Shown here: positions 41,130 to 50,885 of the stretch, piece by piece | Position numbering within the stretch: the first letter of the stretch is position 1 | Layout: each line of letters begins with the position of its first letter | DNA from: a virus | Taxonomy: Duplodnaviria > Caudoviricetes | Direction: 5' to 3' (one strand) | Length of the DNA stretch: 64,000 nucleotides | IMG/VR virus record: IMGVR_UViG_3300014039_000311 | Span: 28,754-92,753 of that record | The notes under the pieces: generated by a model | Told to the model about the DNA's origin: nothing | What the model saw: only the letters and a program-made list of their open reading frames with translations | Databases searched by the model: none | Made by a program: the position numbers and the translations under genes

Positions 41130-43592
41130 TTAAAAATCGTTTTCGGTAAAAATATGAGGCTCATCCCCTTCCAATACAAGGTCTGTAATTTTATCCTCAA
41201 TATTTTCCTCAATACTTCTTAATATAGGTCTCGCACCGAATTCCCTCTTGTCTTTAACATTGTTAAATATTAGATTAACCATTTTGTCGCTAATAAAGCT
41301 ATCATCGGTTGAATGACCAATTTCTTCAATGTTTGCCCTCAATTTATTCAATTCCAATTTGATAATTGCCTTGAGATTATCTTCTGTTAAAGTATTGAAA
41401 TTAATTATATTATCTATACGATTAAGAAATTCAGGCGAAAACTTATTTTTAAGTGCTTTATTAATTATCCTTCTTTTATTGTCCTCAATATCGCCACAAT
41501 TGAAGCCTATGGGTTTTCCATGTTCAAGACTTTCTCTCGCGCCAATATTCGATGTCATTACCACGATAAGGTTTCTGCAATCAACTTCATTGCCTTTATT
41601 ATCACTTATTCTACCTTCATCGAATAATTGAAGGAACATATTGAACACTTTCGTATGTGCCTTTTCGATTTCATCTAACAACAGTACACAATACTTTTTT
41701 TCTTTTATAGCATTTGTCAGAACGCCACCATCATTATATCCGACATAACCGCTCGAACTACCGATTAATTTATTCGTACTGGTTTCGTCGTTGTATTCGG
41801 ACATATCGAGCCTTACCATATATTTTTCATCTCCGAAGACTTTCTCTGCAATTTTCTTCGCCATATAAGTTTTACCAGTACCGGTCGATCCTACGAATAG
41901 GAATACTATTGGTTTACCCTTGCTGCGGATACCTATACGTTTTCTACGCACTGTTTTGGAGATAATTTTTATCGCCTCGTCTTGACCTATGATATCTTCT
42001 TTCAAATTATCCTCCAAAACTCTTAAACGTGCCTTTTCGTTATCGTTTAATTTTTCCAAAGGTAATCCTGATAAGGTTGAAACGACTTCTCTAATATCTT
42101 CATCTTTTATTATCAAAGGCTGTTTATCCAATCTATCCTTTTTCATTTCTTCTGATATTCGGTTTTCAAGCTCAATTCTCTTCTTTACAAATTCGTCTAA
42201 TTTATCGTAATAATCAGTATCATTTTGATTATGATTTTTATAATTAACAAATTGATAAATAAGTTCAGCCCTTTCATCGTTTAATCTATCGAATATACCG
42301 TTATTCATCGTTTCGATATTGACTTTCGCTCCAGTTTCATCCATCACGTTTATTGCAGACAATGGGAGAGGGGTATCAGTTAAATAATCCTTTGATAATG
42401 AAATACAGGTCTTAATGACATCATCATCATATTTGATATTATGGAAGGTTTCTAATTTGTCCTTTAATTTCGTTAATATTTCAAATGACTGTTCTTTGTC
42501 AGGTTCGTCAAGTATAATAGGCTGTATATCATTCTTCAAGAAATAATAGTCCTCACACATTTCATCAAATACTTCTCTTGTCGAAGTACAAATGAAATTA
42601 ATATTTTTATTTTCCATTATTTTTTTGAAAATTCCCGCAACATCGCTTTCTGATTTGTTCGCAACATTGAATATGGAAGATAAGTTATCGATGAAAAATA
42701 TGTATTCACCCGATTTTGTTGCATCGTCAATAATGTTTGCCATTTTGCTCTCGAAAACCCCTCTTATTCCTGTATTCATAAACAGTTTATCCATTTCAAG
42801 CTCGACAACTTTTTTATCCTCAAAATTCTCAGGTGCCTTTCCTTCCTCAATGAACGATGCCAAATTACGAGCAAAAGACGATTTTCCTACTCCCGATTTA
42901 CCTATAATAGCCACATTATTACATTTTCTTTTTGAAAACACTTGAAATACTCGTTTATACAAATCATCCCCTTCATAGAAAGGATCCAATTTACCTTCAT
43001 TATGAAGAGTATTTAAGTTTATTGTATTACGTTCTACATTATTGTCGGTTGTATTGAATTTCTTTTGCTTAATAGTTTCATTATTCTTTTTCTGAATCTG
43101 ATGGTTTTCTTTATCATTCTTTGGTTTATTCGACGGTTTGTGTGGTCTGAGAGAATAGTAGTAATTAATCAAATAACGATGTATTTGCTGATAACCCACA
43201 TTAACTATCTTGAAACTATCCGAAATGACGTTTTTCTTCTTGAATACTGCGCACAGTAGATGTGCCGAACTGATATTGTTAGACATTGTTTCATCCGACA
43301 ATTTCTCAGCATCTTTGACAAAATCATCAAACGTTTTATCTAATGTTACCTTACCTTCAACTAATGGTGATGAATTATCAGACAGATATTTTTGATACCA
43401 TGATACCATCACATTAATACTGTCACCTAACATTACTCTCGATAATATACGATAAGCTGTACAATCTCTGTTAGTCAACACTGCCAATATAAAATATTCG
43501 GGAGTTAATATGCTTTTTGGAAACTCAGAAGATAAATCATCCTTTATATATGTAAAAATATTTTTCAGTTCTTTCGTTATTTCTTTACTCAT
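41130..43592 (-). CDS. ClpA/ClpC-like double AAA+ ATPase
   Basis: Clp N-domain, GKSGVGKS, IIGQDEA, GSTGTGKT, RLDMSEY, GYVGY, LLDEIEKAH, IGF loop, FGARP. Confidence 0.88.
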   Translation of the reverse strand: MSKEITKELKNIFTYIKDDLSSEFPKSILTPEYFILAVLTNRDCTAYRILSRVMLGDSINVMVSWYQKYLSDNSSPLVEGKVTLDKTFDDFVKDAEKLSDETMSNNISSAHLLCAVFKKKNVISDSFKIVNVGYQQIHRYLINYYYSLRPHKPSNKPKNDKENHQIQKKNNETIKQKKFNTTDNNVERNTINLNTLHNEGKLDPFYEGDDLYKRVFQVFSKRKCNNVAIIGKSGVGKSSFARNLASFIEEGKAPENFEDKKVVELEMDKLFMNTGIRGVFESKMANIIDDATKSGEYIFFIDNLSSIFNVANKSESDVAGIFKKIMENKNINFICTSTREVFDEMCEDYYFLKNDIQPIILDEPDKEQSFEILTKLKDKLETFHNIKYDDDVIKTCISLSKDYLTDTPLPLSAINVMDETGAKVNIETMNNGIFDRLNDERAELIYQFVNYKNHNQNDTDYYDKLDEFVKKRIELENRISEEMKKDRLDKQPLIIKDEDIREVVSTLSGLPLEKLNDNEKARLRVLEDNLKEDIIGQDEAIKIISKTVRRKRIGIRSKGKPIVFLFVGSTGTGKTYMAKKIAEKVFGDEKYMVRLDMSEYNDETSTNKLIGSSSGYVGYNDGGVLTNAIKEKKYCVLLLDEIEKAHTKVFNMFLQLFDEGRISDNKGNEVDCRNLIVVMTSNIGARESLEHGKPIGFNCGDIEDNKRRIINKALKNKFSPEFLNRIDNIINFNTLTEDNLKAIIKLELNKLRANIEEIGHSTDDSFISDKMVNLIFNNVKDKREFGARPILRSIEENIEDKITDLVLEGDEPHIFTENDF

Positions 43593-43720
43593 ATACTAAT
43601 ACATTAGTCATTAGTCGTTATATAAATTATAATGTTTTAACAAACTTTTTTCAATCATTCCTGTAATTCTTTGATTTAAAGTAGTATCTTTGCACACGAA
43701 AAGATAAAGTATTTTTCTAT

Positions 43721-44254
43721 ATGATAGTTTATAACAAATATTTGGATAATCAGGATTACACTTGGTATGATAGTTCCAATGTTATTTTTAGCAAATGCTA
43801 TGACAACCCTGACAGCAGTTCAAAGACGTTAAAGATAGTGTTTAAAAATGGTCGAACTTACATTTATAAAGATGTAGACATTAATGACTATCTTACCTTT
43901 AAGACAGCGCAATCAAATGGACAGAGCGTTAATACCTCGATAATAAAGAAATATAAAGGTGTACGAATTAGTGATACTGATGTTGATAAATTAACGAAAC
44001 TTAAAGATGACTTCATTGAAAGTGAGAAAAATATCTCAGAGACGCAAATGAAGGACTTGGTGTATAAGGTGGATTATGACGAGAAGAATAGTGAATTTAC
44101 ATTAAAAATTGGTGATAAGGTAATTTATCATGGAAATGAAAATAAAGTATCATTGTTCTCACTATTTAAGTCGATGAATATCGCATACTCATTAAATGTC
44201 GTAGATAAAATCGAATATGAAACAGATGAAAATAAAGAAGAAATAAAAATATAG
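43721..44254 (+). CDS. KTSC domain protein
   Basis: SSNV....YD...TLKIVFKNGRTYIYKDV...AQSNG motif; TATCTTTG promoter at 43685-43692. Confidence 0.7.
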   Translation: MIVYNKYLDNQDYTWYDSSNVIFSKCYDNPDSSSKTLKIVFKNGRTYIYKDVDINDYLTFKTAQSNGQSVNTSIIKKYKGVRISDTDVDKLTKLKDDFIESEKNISETQMKDLVYKVDYDEKNSEFTLKIGDKVIYHGNENKVSLFSLFKSMNIAYSLNVVDKIEYETDENKEEIKI

Positions 44255-44257
44255 GTC

Positions 44258-45262
44258 ATGGAGAAAAACATTAATACCGTAGACAGACAATACTTGTCGT
44301 TATTAAATGATATATTGGAACATGGTGTCGAAAAAGACACAAGAAGTGGTAAAGTTTTATCGTTGTTCGGAAAGACAATGAGGTTTAACCTTAAAGAAGG
44401 CTTTCCTTTGTTGACTACAAAGAAAGTGTTCTATCGTGGTATCATCGAGGAATTGCTTTGGTTCTTGAAAGGTGTCTCTAATATCGCATATCTAAAGGAG
44501 AAAAATGTCCATATATGGGACAAGGATGCATACCGTTATTATACCGAATTGTGTGATAAGTATAAGTATGAGTATAATCTAGATGATTGTTTCAACGACG
44601 ATGTTAAAGAGTTTAGGACACAGAAAATTGTACCTATTTCGTTCGATAAATTTATTTCAAAGATAGATGGTGATAATTCTATGCTGTTCGGCAATAGAGA
44701 TATATACCGTTATGGTGATCTAGGCAATATGTATCCTACTATATGGAGACATTTCGGTAGTAATGACATCGACCAAATTAAATATGTCATTAATGAACTG
44801 AAAACTAATCCTTTTTCAAGAAGAATAATTTTAACTTGTTATGACCCTAATTCCGTAAATGAGGCAGCACTTTATCCTTGCCATATTCTCTATGAGTTCA
44901 ATGTGACAATCGATGAAAAAGGACAGAAATGTCTTAACTGTGTATTAAATTGCCGTTCTACTGATGTACCTCTCGGTTTGCCTTTCAACATTGCTTCTGC
45001 GGCATTCTTGGTACACATGTTGGCTCAAGTGGTAGGGATGAATGTTGGCGAATTACTTTATGTAGGTTGCGACTGTCATATCTATTGCAATCAAATAGAT
45101 GCTGTAATGGAACAATTAGCCCGTGATCCTGACAAATATACGTTACCTACGTTAAAATTGAATACAGATGTTAAAGATATTGATGACTTTACATATAACG
45201 ATTTTGAAATTCAAAACTACAATAGTTACCCGTCAATTAAAGCCCCATTATCAGTAGGATAA
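44258..45262 (+). CDS. thyA: thymidylate synthase
   Basis: FPLLTTKK, ELLWFL, SRR, ALYPCH, RSTDVPLGLPFNIAS, HIY. Confidence 0.95.
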   Translation: MEKNINTVDRQYLSLLNDILEHGVEKDTRSGKVLSLFGKTMRFNLKEGFPLLTTKKVFYRGIIEELLWFLKGVSNIAYLKEKNVHIWDKDAYRYYTELCDKYKYEYNLDDCFNDDVKEFRTQKIVPISFDKFISKIDGDNSMLFGNRDIYRYGDLGNMYPTIWRHFGSNDIDQIKYVINELKTNPFSRRIILTCYDPNSVNEAALYPCHILYEFNVTIDEKGQKCLNCVLNCRSTDVPLGLPFNIASAAFLVHMLAQVVGMNVGELLYVGCDCHIYCNQIDAVMEQLARDPDKYTLPTLKLNTDVKDIDDFTYNDFEIQNYNSYPSIKAPLSVG

Positions 45263-45290
45263 AATATTAATAGAAAAATAGAACATTTTT

Positions 45291-45752
45291 ATGGAAAAAA
45301 AGAACAATACAGTGACGTCGTTGGCCAATATCGCTAACGATGTTTATGCAAAGGTAAAAAAAGACACAATGCTCAGTATCAAGGGTCTTCAAGAAAGAAT
45401 GAAACTCAGTGATGATGAAATGTGCCTAATATTAGGTTTAACAGAAAAAGACTTTTCAGCACTGATGGACGAACGTCTTTATTATGTAATAAAAGTCGAC
45501 ACGTTAATTAGAATACATCTTTTATTAAATCGCTGCATAATTACGTTGAAGAAACCAGAGAAAGGTGATATTGATATTATTGAGTTCGTTCAGCGTTTCA
45601 AGCAGGAAGAGATAAATGACAGCGTACAAAGGTTACTGGATACTCTTGGAATTAAAACGGCTGATGAAATTAATTGCTTTACGGATTTCTTGTTACAAAA
45701 CGCCGCAAAATTTCAAGATGAGAATAGTCAAATAATTAAATTAAGAGTATAA
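45291..45752 (+). CDS. hypothetical protein (possible HTH)
   Basis: 153-aa ORF in operon. Confidence 0.55.
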   Translation: MEKKNNTVTSLANIANDVYAKVKKDTMLSIKGLQERMKLSDDEMCLILGLTEKDFSALMDERLYYVIKVDTLIRIHLLLNRCIITLKKPEKGDIDIIEFVQRFKQEEINDSVQRLLDTLGIKTADEINCFTDFLLQNAAKFQDENSQIIKLRV

Positions 45753-47530
45753 TGGCAGTAAGAAGAAAATTAGATTTTACACCAAGTCCTTATCAAGAAA
45801 AGATATTTGATTTCATAACAAATGGTAGCGGAAATGCAGTTATTTCGGCGAAGGCAGGTAGTGGGAAAACTTTTACTATCGTAAATGCAATGAAACTTAT
45901 TCCGAAAACGAAGAAGGCAATTTTTATTGCCTTCAATAAATCCATTGCAGATGAATTGAATGAAAAATTAAAGAGTAATTCAAATTGTATGGCGTATACG
46001 ACGCATAGTTTAGGTTTCAGAATGATACGTCGCAATCTTGGTAATGACATTATAGTTGATGAATACAAATACCGAACATATCTTAAAGGTAATTTCCTAG
46101 ATATAACGGGTATTAATAATGGAGAAACCAATATTGAAAAACATCAGATTAACGAGTATACTGAGAATATCTTAACTTTGATTGATTTTTCTCGTTTGTC
46201 ATTATGTGAAACAGATGACGATATTAACAATGTAATTGAACGTTATGATATTCCTATAATTGCGAATGAAGTCGAAGTTGTCAAACGTTGTCTGCAATGG
46301 GGCAAAGACAATGTAAACAGCATCGATTATGCCGATATGTTATGGTTGCCTACGGCATTGGATTTAAAACCATTAGGGATGGTATACGATTGGGTATTCC
46401 TTGATGAGGCTCAAGATAGTTCTGTCGCAGCGATAGCCTTATTCAAAAGATGCGTTAAGCCTAATGTTGGCAGATGGGTCTGTGTAGGTGATGAAAAACA
46501 ATGCATAAATCTCTTTGCTTGCTCGCACGAGGACAATTTTAAGAAACTTTGCGAGAGTGAGAACACCCAGGTATTCAATTTACCTGTCTCGTACCGTTGT
46601 GGTAAAAAAATTATTGAATTTTCTCAGTCTATTGTCAAAGATATTCTTGCGAAAGATGATGCCATTAATGGTGAAATCAGAAATGGATGTAAACTTTCTT
46701 GTCTTAAAGATGGTGATATGGTATTGGCTCGTTCAAAAGCACCATTGTTAAAAGTATATGCTAAACTCATAAAAAAAGGCATAAATTGTTATATTAAAGG
46801 TCTCGATATAGGCACTAACCTAATTAATTTACTCGATAGTGTAAAGTTCGAGAAATTAAATGTTACATTAAAAGAAGATGGAGTGTTCGCAAGATTATAT
46901 GATAAACTATTTGATGCAAGGGATAAACTCGTTGAAAAACGTGGTCTCGACATTGATGATGCGACATTATCATCATATATAATGGAACAATATGATACGC
47001 TCAAGGCGTTGGAGGTGTTGGCATTTAATTGTACTTCAAAAGCAGAACTTAAGGAACGTATACGAAAGATTTTCAAAGAGGAATCCAAAGGGGTATGTTT
47101 ATCAACGATACATAAATCTAAAGGTCTTGAAGCTGACAATGTATATATATTGTGTCACTCATCAATGCCGTCAAAGAATTGTCATCACGAATGGGAAAGA
47201 ATACAAGAAAAAAATCTGATGTATGTCGCATACACGAGGGCAAAAAAAGTCTTGGGCTTTATCTCAGAAAAGGAAGTACCACCTACCGGTAGTATGTCAG
47301 AGCCTGAAGATATAATCAATGAATTGAATTATATCGAAACAAAGGTCTGTACCCTTATAGGTCGTGTACCTTTGCTGAGAAATGACAGTGTCGAAATGGC
47401 AAAAGCTCGTCTAAAAAAGATGGAAAAAGTTGAACTACCAAAAACGAAGAAAGAAAAAAAGATGAAGACAGTAGCTAATAAAAAAGACAGCAATAATAAA
47501 CTGCTGTCTGATTTGGAAGAATTATTTTAG
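45752..47530 (+). CDS. UvrD/Rep-family SF1 helicase
   Basis: AKAGSGKT, DEAQD, VGDEKQ, SYRC, STIHKSKGLE, YVAYTRAK. Confidence 0.9.
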   Translation: MAVRRKLDFTPSPYQEKIFDFITNGSGNAVISAKAGSGKTFTIVNAMKLIPKTKKAIFIAFNKSIADELNEKLKSNSNCMAYTTHSLGFRMIRRNLGNDIIVDEYKYRTYLKGNFLDITGINNGETNIEKHQINEYTENILTLIDFSRLSLCETDDDINNVIERYDIPIIANEVEVVKRCLQWGKDNVNSIDYADMLWLPTALDLKPLGMVYDWVFLDEAQDSSVAAIALFKRCVKPNVGRWVCVGDEKQCINLFACSHEDNFKKLCESENTQVFNLPVSYRCGKKIIEFSQSIVKDILAKDDAINGEIRNGCKLSCLKDGDMVLARSKAPLLKVYAKLIKKGINCYIKGLDIGTNLINLLDSVKFEKLNVTLKEDGVFARLYDKLFDARDKLVEKRGLDIDDATLSSYIMEQYDTLKALEVLAFNCTSKAELKERIRKIFKEESKGVCLSTIHKSKGLEADNVYILCHSSMPSKNCHHEWERIQEKNLMYVAYTRAKKVLGFISEKEVPPTGSMSEPEDIINELNYIETKVCTLIGRVPLLRNDSVEMAKARLKKMEKVELPKTKKEKKMKTVANKKDSNNKLLSDLEELF

Positions 47531-47721
47531 ACTTTTTGTGGTTCGTAACCGTCTACCTCCATTATTTGAGGGGTAGGCGGTTCTATATTTTCTCTAAATG
47601 ACATATTTTCATTAATATCGAAACCTTGTTCGGCGGTTTCTTTATACTTTGCATTGCGCTGTTCATAGAAAGAAACACATTCTCTCTGTTCGTGAATATT
47701 ATATTCAAATGGGTTATTCAT
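47527..47721 (-). CDS. hypothetical protein
   Basis: Last ORF of a three-gene minus-strand unit. Confidence 0.5.
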   Translation of the reverse strand: MNNPFEYNIHEQRECVSFYEQRNAKYKETAEQGFDINENMSFRENIEPPTPQIMEVDGYEPQKV

Positions 47722-47733
47722 TATGCAAAAAAA

Positions 47734-48087
47734 TTATTTAATTTTATTATTTATTGTATTCAATAAATCAGTTTGAGTATCCTGACTATTCTTGATTGAC
47801 ACAATATTATTCGCTGCCGTGCTTAACTTGGTATCAATGTCATTAAGTTTTTCCATTACTGCGTTCTTTGCATCAGTAACTTCGTTGGTTGTATGTTCAT
47901 TGACGTTTTCACGAGTTTCCTCGTGTTCATTAATGATGTGTTGCTTAATCTCTTTTTTCCATGCACGTTCTTCCTCTTGAAGAGTATAAATATTGCCGAT
48001 AATCTTATCGTCAATACCTTTTACGTCACTCTTGACAACTGCTGGGTTATTTTCACAGAAGCCATAATCATAGTAATTGTTATGCAT
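47734..48087 (-). CDS. hypothetical coiled-coil protein
   Basis: Shares NxNxHT motif with 48080-48502. Confidence 0.55.
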   Translation of the reverse strand: MHNNYYDYGFCENNPAVVKSDVKGIDDKIIGNIYTLQEEERAWKKEIKQHIINEHEETRENVNEHTTNEVTDAKNAVMEKLNDIDTKLSTAANNIVSIKNSQDTQTDLLNTINNKIK

Positions 48088-48502
48088 TGTATTCTCCTAA
48101 CTTTAAATTATTCAATGACTTTATTTGCTCGTTCAAATCACTAAATTTCTGCTCAAAGTCAATCTCATTGAATTTATTATCAGTGTGTTGATTAATGTTG
48201 TCTATTGCTTTCGCTATCTCCTCTTTAGTGTCAGCGTGAAATGCGACACATTGACTTTTGCCTTGCTCAACCTTTTCGATTATCTCATTTTTTGCGCTCT
48301 CAATATGGCAATTTGTGTGACATAATCTGTGTTTTATGTCGCACATATTTTCGTTTACGCTATCACGTATTGTCGTAGATATATGTCCAGAATCCATACC
48401 ATCTAACTTTGTGTCCAGATACTCCTTAATCTGTTCACAACGAGAAGATAATGGTGTATAGTCACCATAGTCATATCGTCTTAAATCGCTAGTATTATCC
48501 AT
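48080..48502 (-). CDS. hypothetical coiled-coil protein
   Basis: TATTTAT on minus at 48532-48538. Confidence 0.55.
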   Translation of the reverse strand: MDNTSDLRRYDYGDYTPLSSRCEQIKEYLDTKLDGMDSGHISTTIRDSVNENMCDIKHRLCHTNCHIESAKNEIIEKVEQGKSQCVAFHADTKEEIAKAIDNINQHTDNKFNEIDFEQKFSDLNEQIKSLNNLKLGEYNA

Positions 48503-48584
48503 TTGGTAAATAACTTTATAATTAACTATATATAAATAGTCTTATGAGGCTATATTTATTGAATAATACAAACACTTATCAAGA

Positions 48585-49175
48585 ATGAGATTATTCGCAA
48601 AAATACATACTAATGGCAATACCATTAAATTAACTGAAAGCCAATATGAAACCATTAAAGACCTCATTGACGAAGGATATTACGATGACTCGGCTACGCC
48701 TTTATTTTCAAGAAATAAAACAAATCGTGAACTTGGGGTAAATCCATTAGCAGTCGACAACGGGGGGCATACACCAAATGATGTTTTAAGGCAACCATCG
48801 ACAGTAGATTATAATGGGGCAAACTTCAAAGGGGTAAATATCATAGTATCAGACAATAAATTTATGTTCTATAAGGTAAAGAACTTTGGAACTGATAAAA
48901 TCAGCAGTACCTTGCAATTGTTCGGCCGTGGAGCAGGAGGTGAAAAAGGTCTCAGGACGGCAATAGATACCTTGAATGGTGCAGCAGTAAGAAACGGAAA
49001 AACATTACGTTTTAGGACGATTACATCTGAAACATTCAAGAATAAATCAAAGATGACCGACCATATGAGCAATACCTTTTGGGAATTTTCATATGACAAT
49101 GGAAATACATGGTTTATTTTGAAGCCTCACCCAGTACAACATATGCAACAAAGTAAAGTCGTCATTAAAATGTAA
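48585..49175 (+). CDS. putative head-packaged protein with LxE leader
   Basis: TIKLTESQYETIKDLIDE; TATTTAT 48553-48559. Confidence 0.55.
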   Translation: MRLFAKIHTNGNTIKLTESQYETIKDLIDEGYYDDSATPLFSRNKTNRELGVNPLAVDNGGHTPNDVLRQPSTVDYNGANFKGVNIIVSDNKFMFYKVKNFGTDKISSTLQLFGRGAGGEKGLRTAIDTLNGAAVRNGKTLRFRTITSETFKNKSKMTDHMSNTFWEFSYDNGNTWFILKPHPVQHMQQSKVVIKM

Positions 49176-49226
49176 TTTTTATAAATGTGACTAATACTTA
49201 TATAATATTAAACATTTAATTTATCT

Positions 49227-49622
49227 ATGAAACAGACTTTTAGACTTACTGAGAGTGAATTACACAACATCATCAGTGAATGTATAACAGAAGCAATAGA
49301 AGACGAGGGGTTAGGCTCGTTCCTTGGAGGTATGGCTAAAAAATTCGGCCGTGACGCAGGCTCTGCAATGTCCAATATGAAAAACCGTGTGGTACAAGGT
49401 ACCAAGAACATGGGCAATCGAATTGCAAACAGCGCACAGAATGCTTGGCAAGGAGCAAAAGATTACGGTCAGTCACTTTATGACGCAGGTGTGCAACAGT
49501 CAAACATTAGTGATGCACAAACAGCCATTAAGACAATTCAAAGTCTCGTACAGAAAGGTATCTTAGGACAGAACATCGCCAATATGGTTATTGGAAACCT
49601 TAGAAAATACGGTAATCAGTAA
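49227..49622 (+). CDS. putative head-packaged protein with LxE leader and amphipathic body
   Basis: MKQTFRLTESELHNIISECITEAIEDE-GLGSFLGG. Confidence 0.55.
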   Translation: MKQTFRLTESELHNIISECITEAIEDEGLGSFLGGMAKKFGRDAGSAMSNMKNRVVQGTKNMGNRIANSAQNAWQGAKDYGQSLYDAGVQQSNISDAQTAIKTIQSLVQKGILGQNIANMVIGNLRKYGNQ

Positions 49623-49746
49623 ACATTTACCGTTAAAAATGAAATAATTGAATGCTTTTTAAACTTTTTTAAGTCGGAATATTTTGGGTATTCCGACTTT
49701 TTTTATACCTTTGCAATATTAATTCAATTAAACAATAAATTAGATT

Positions 49747-49974
49747 ATGTATTTACTCGGTGTTTTTATCGCATTTTTTGCTACCCTTGTATGGGAGAGT
49801 ATCTTTTACCATCGTAATGATGGAGGTTTGAAATCAATGACCAAACGTGAATGGTTAGAAGATATTTTAATATCTTTGACATCTTGGCTTGCCGTATTCC
49901 TCGTTGGACTTGCATTTTACATTGCAATTGACCATAAGGAAATATTTGAAAAGATTACCAATAGAAAATTATAA
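49747..49974 (+). CDS. small two-TM membrane protein
   Basis: Two hydrophobic segments; TTTG-N19-TACCTTTG promoter 49683-49713. Confidence 0.55.
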   Translation: MYLLGVFIAFFATLVWESIFYHRNDGGLKSMTKREWLEDILISLTSWLAVFLVGLAFYIAIDHKEIFEKITNRKL

Positions 49975-49983
49975 TATTATTCT

Positions 49984-50257
49984 AATGACAGAATTCTTAA
50001 TCTATTATCTGATAGCTTGTGTACTGATATTCATATGGATGGTGTGTGACCTTAAATATTATGAAATACGTGATACATTAAAGTATTATCACACAATGAA
50101 CAAGCGTATTGAAGAAATTAATGATAAAATAAAGAATACCGATAAGGATGATATCGAGCAAATTAATCATTTGCTTGACGAGAAAACTTATTGGGAGAAT
50201 TTGAATAAAGATAAAGAAAAGGTAAAGTGTTTGTTACATTTGAAAAAATATATGTAA
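49984..50257 (+). CDS. small membrane-anchored protein
   Basis: Likely start ATG 49984 (MTEFLIYYLIACVLIFIW). Confidence 0.5.
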
Positions 50258-50289
50258 TTTTCTTGCTTTAGAAATTTTTTTTAATCAAA

Positions 50290-50706
50290 ATGATAGATTA
50301 TTATAACATACGACAAATTAATAGAATATATGTTGTCGAAGAAGCCATATCAGACAAATGGAAACATTATCCAATTAATAGCGTAAAAGGCATCATAAAT
50401 TGGATATTCCGTAACAAATTATATTCATTAAACCGAAATGCCGATGTGTATCGTCCATCAAGGTATTTTATGCATAACGAGACGATACCTTATTATACTG
50501 AGGATAACATAAAAGGACATTTAGATTCTTTTGAATATTATGACCCCATTACCAAAGAGATAAAAGTATATCCTAAAGTAGTTTTGAAATTATCCGATGG
50601 TACCAAGACTGAAATCGGATTTAAGACTAATGTTGGAGCTAAAGAATATGCAAAGGCTTTAGTTGAAAAATATGACAATTATTTCTTTTCCTTCAATAAG
50701 GATTAA
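50290..50706 (+). CDS. hypothetical protein
   Basis: 138-aa ORF in host-promoter operon. Confidence 0.55.
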   Translation: MIDYYNIRQINRIYVVEEAISDKWKHYPINSVKGIINWIFRNKLYSLNRNADVYRPSRYFMHNETIPYYTEDNIKGHLDSFEYYDPITKEIKVYPKVVLKLSDGTKTEIGFKTNVGAKEYAKALVEKYDNYFFSFNKD

Positions 50707-50726
50707 GATATATTAACAAATTATAT

Positions 50727-50757
50727 TTTGTTAATTCGAAAATAGTTCATACCTTTG
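50727..50757 (+). promoter_or_regulatory. Bacteroidota primary-sigma promoter for metK
   Basis: TTTG 50727-50730, 19-nt spacer, TACCTTTG 50750-50757. Confidence 0.75.
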
Positions 50758-50773
50758 CAACCGTAAAACAAAA

Positions 50774-50845
50774 CGAGGGGATTTGTAGTGCTTGCACCTC
50801 GATAAAAACGCTAAAAATCTATTTTCAAAGACAGATTCCACTACA
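50774..50845 (+). ncRNA. SAM-II riboswitch (long-loop, Bacteroidota-type) in metK 5' UTR
   Basis: P1 cgagg/cctcg; conserved GAUUU, UUGC, AUAAA and GCUAAA elements; pseudoknot tgtagtg (50784-50790)/cactaca (50839-50845); inserted hairpin aatct/agatt; directly upstream of metK. Confidence 0.8.
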
Positions 50846-50885
50846 TAATATTAATTTAAATAACATTTTAAAAACAATTAATTTT

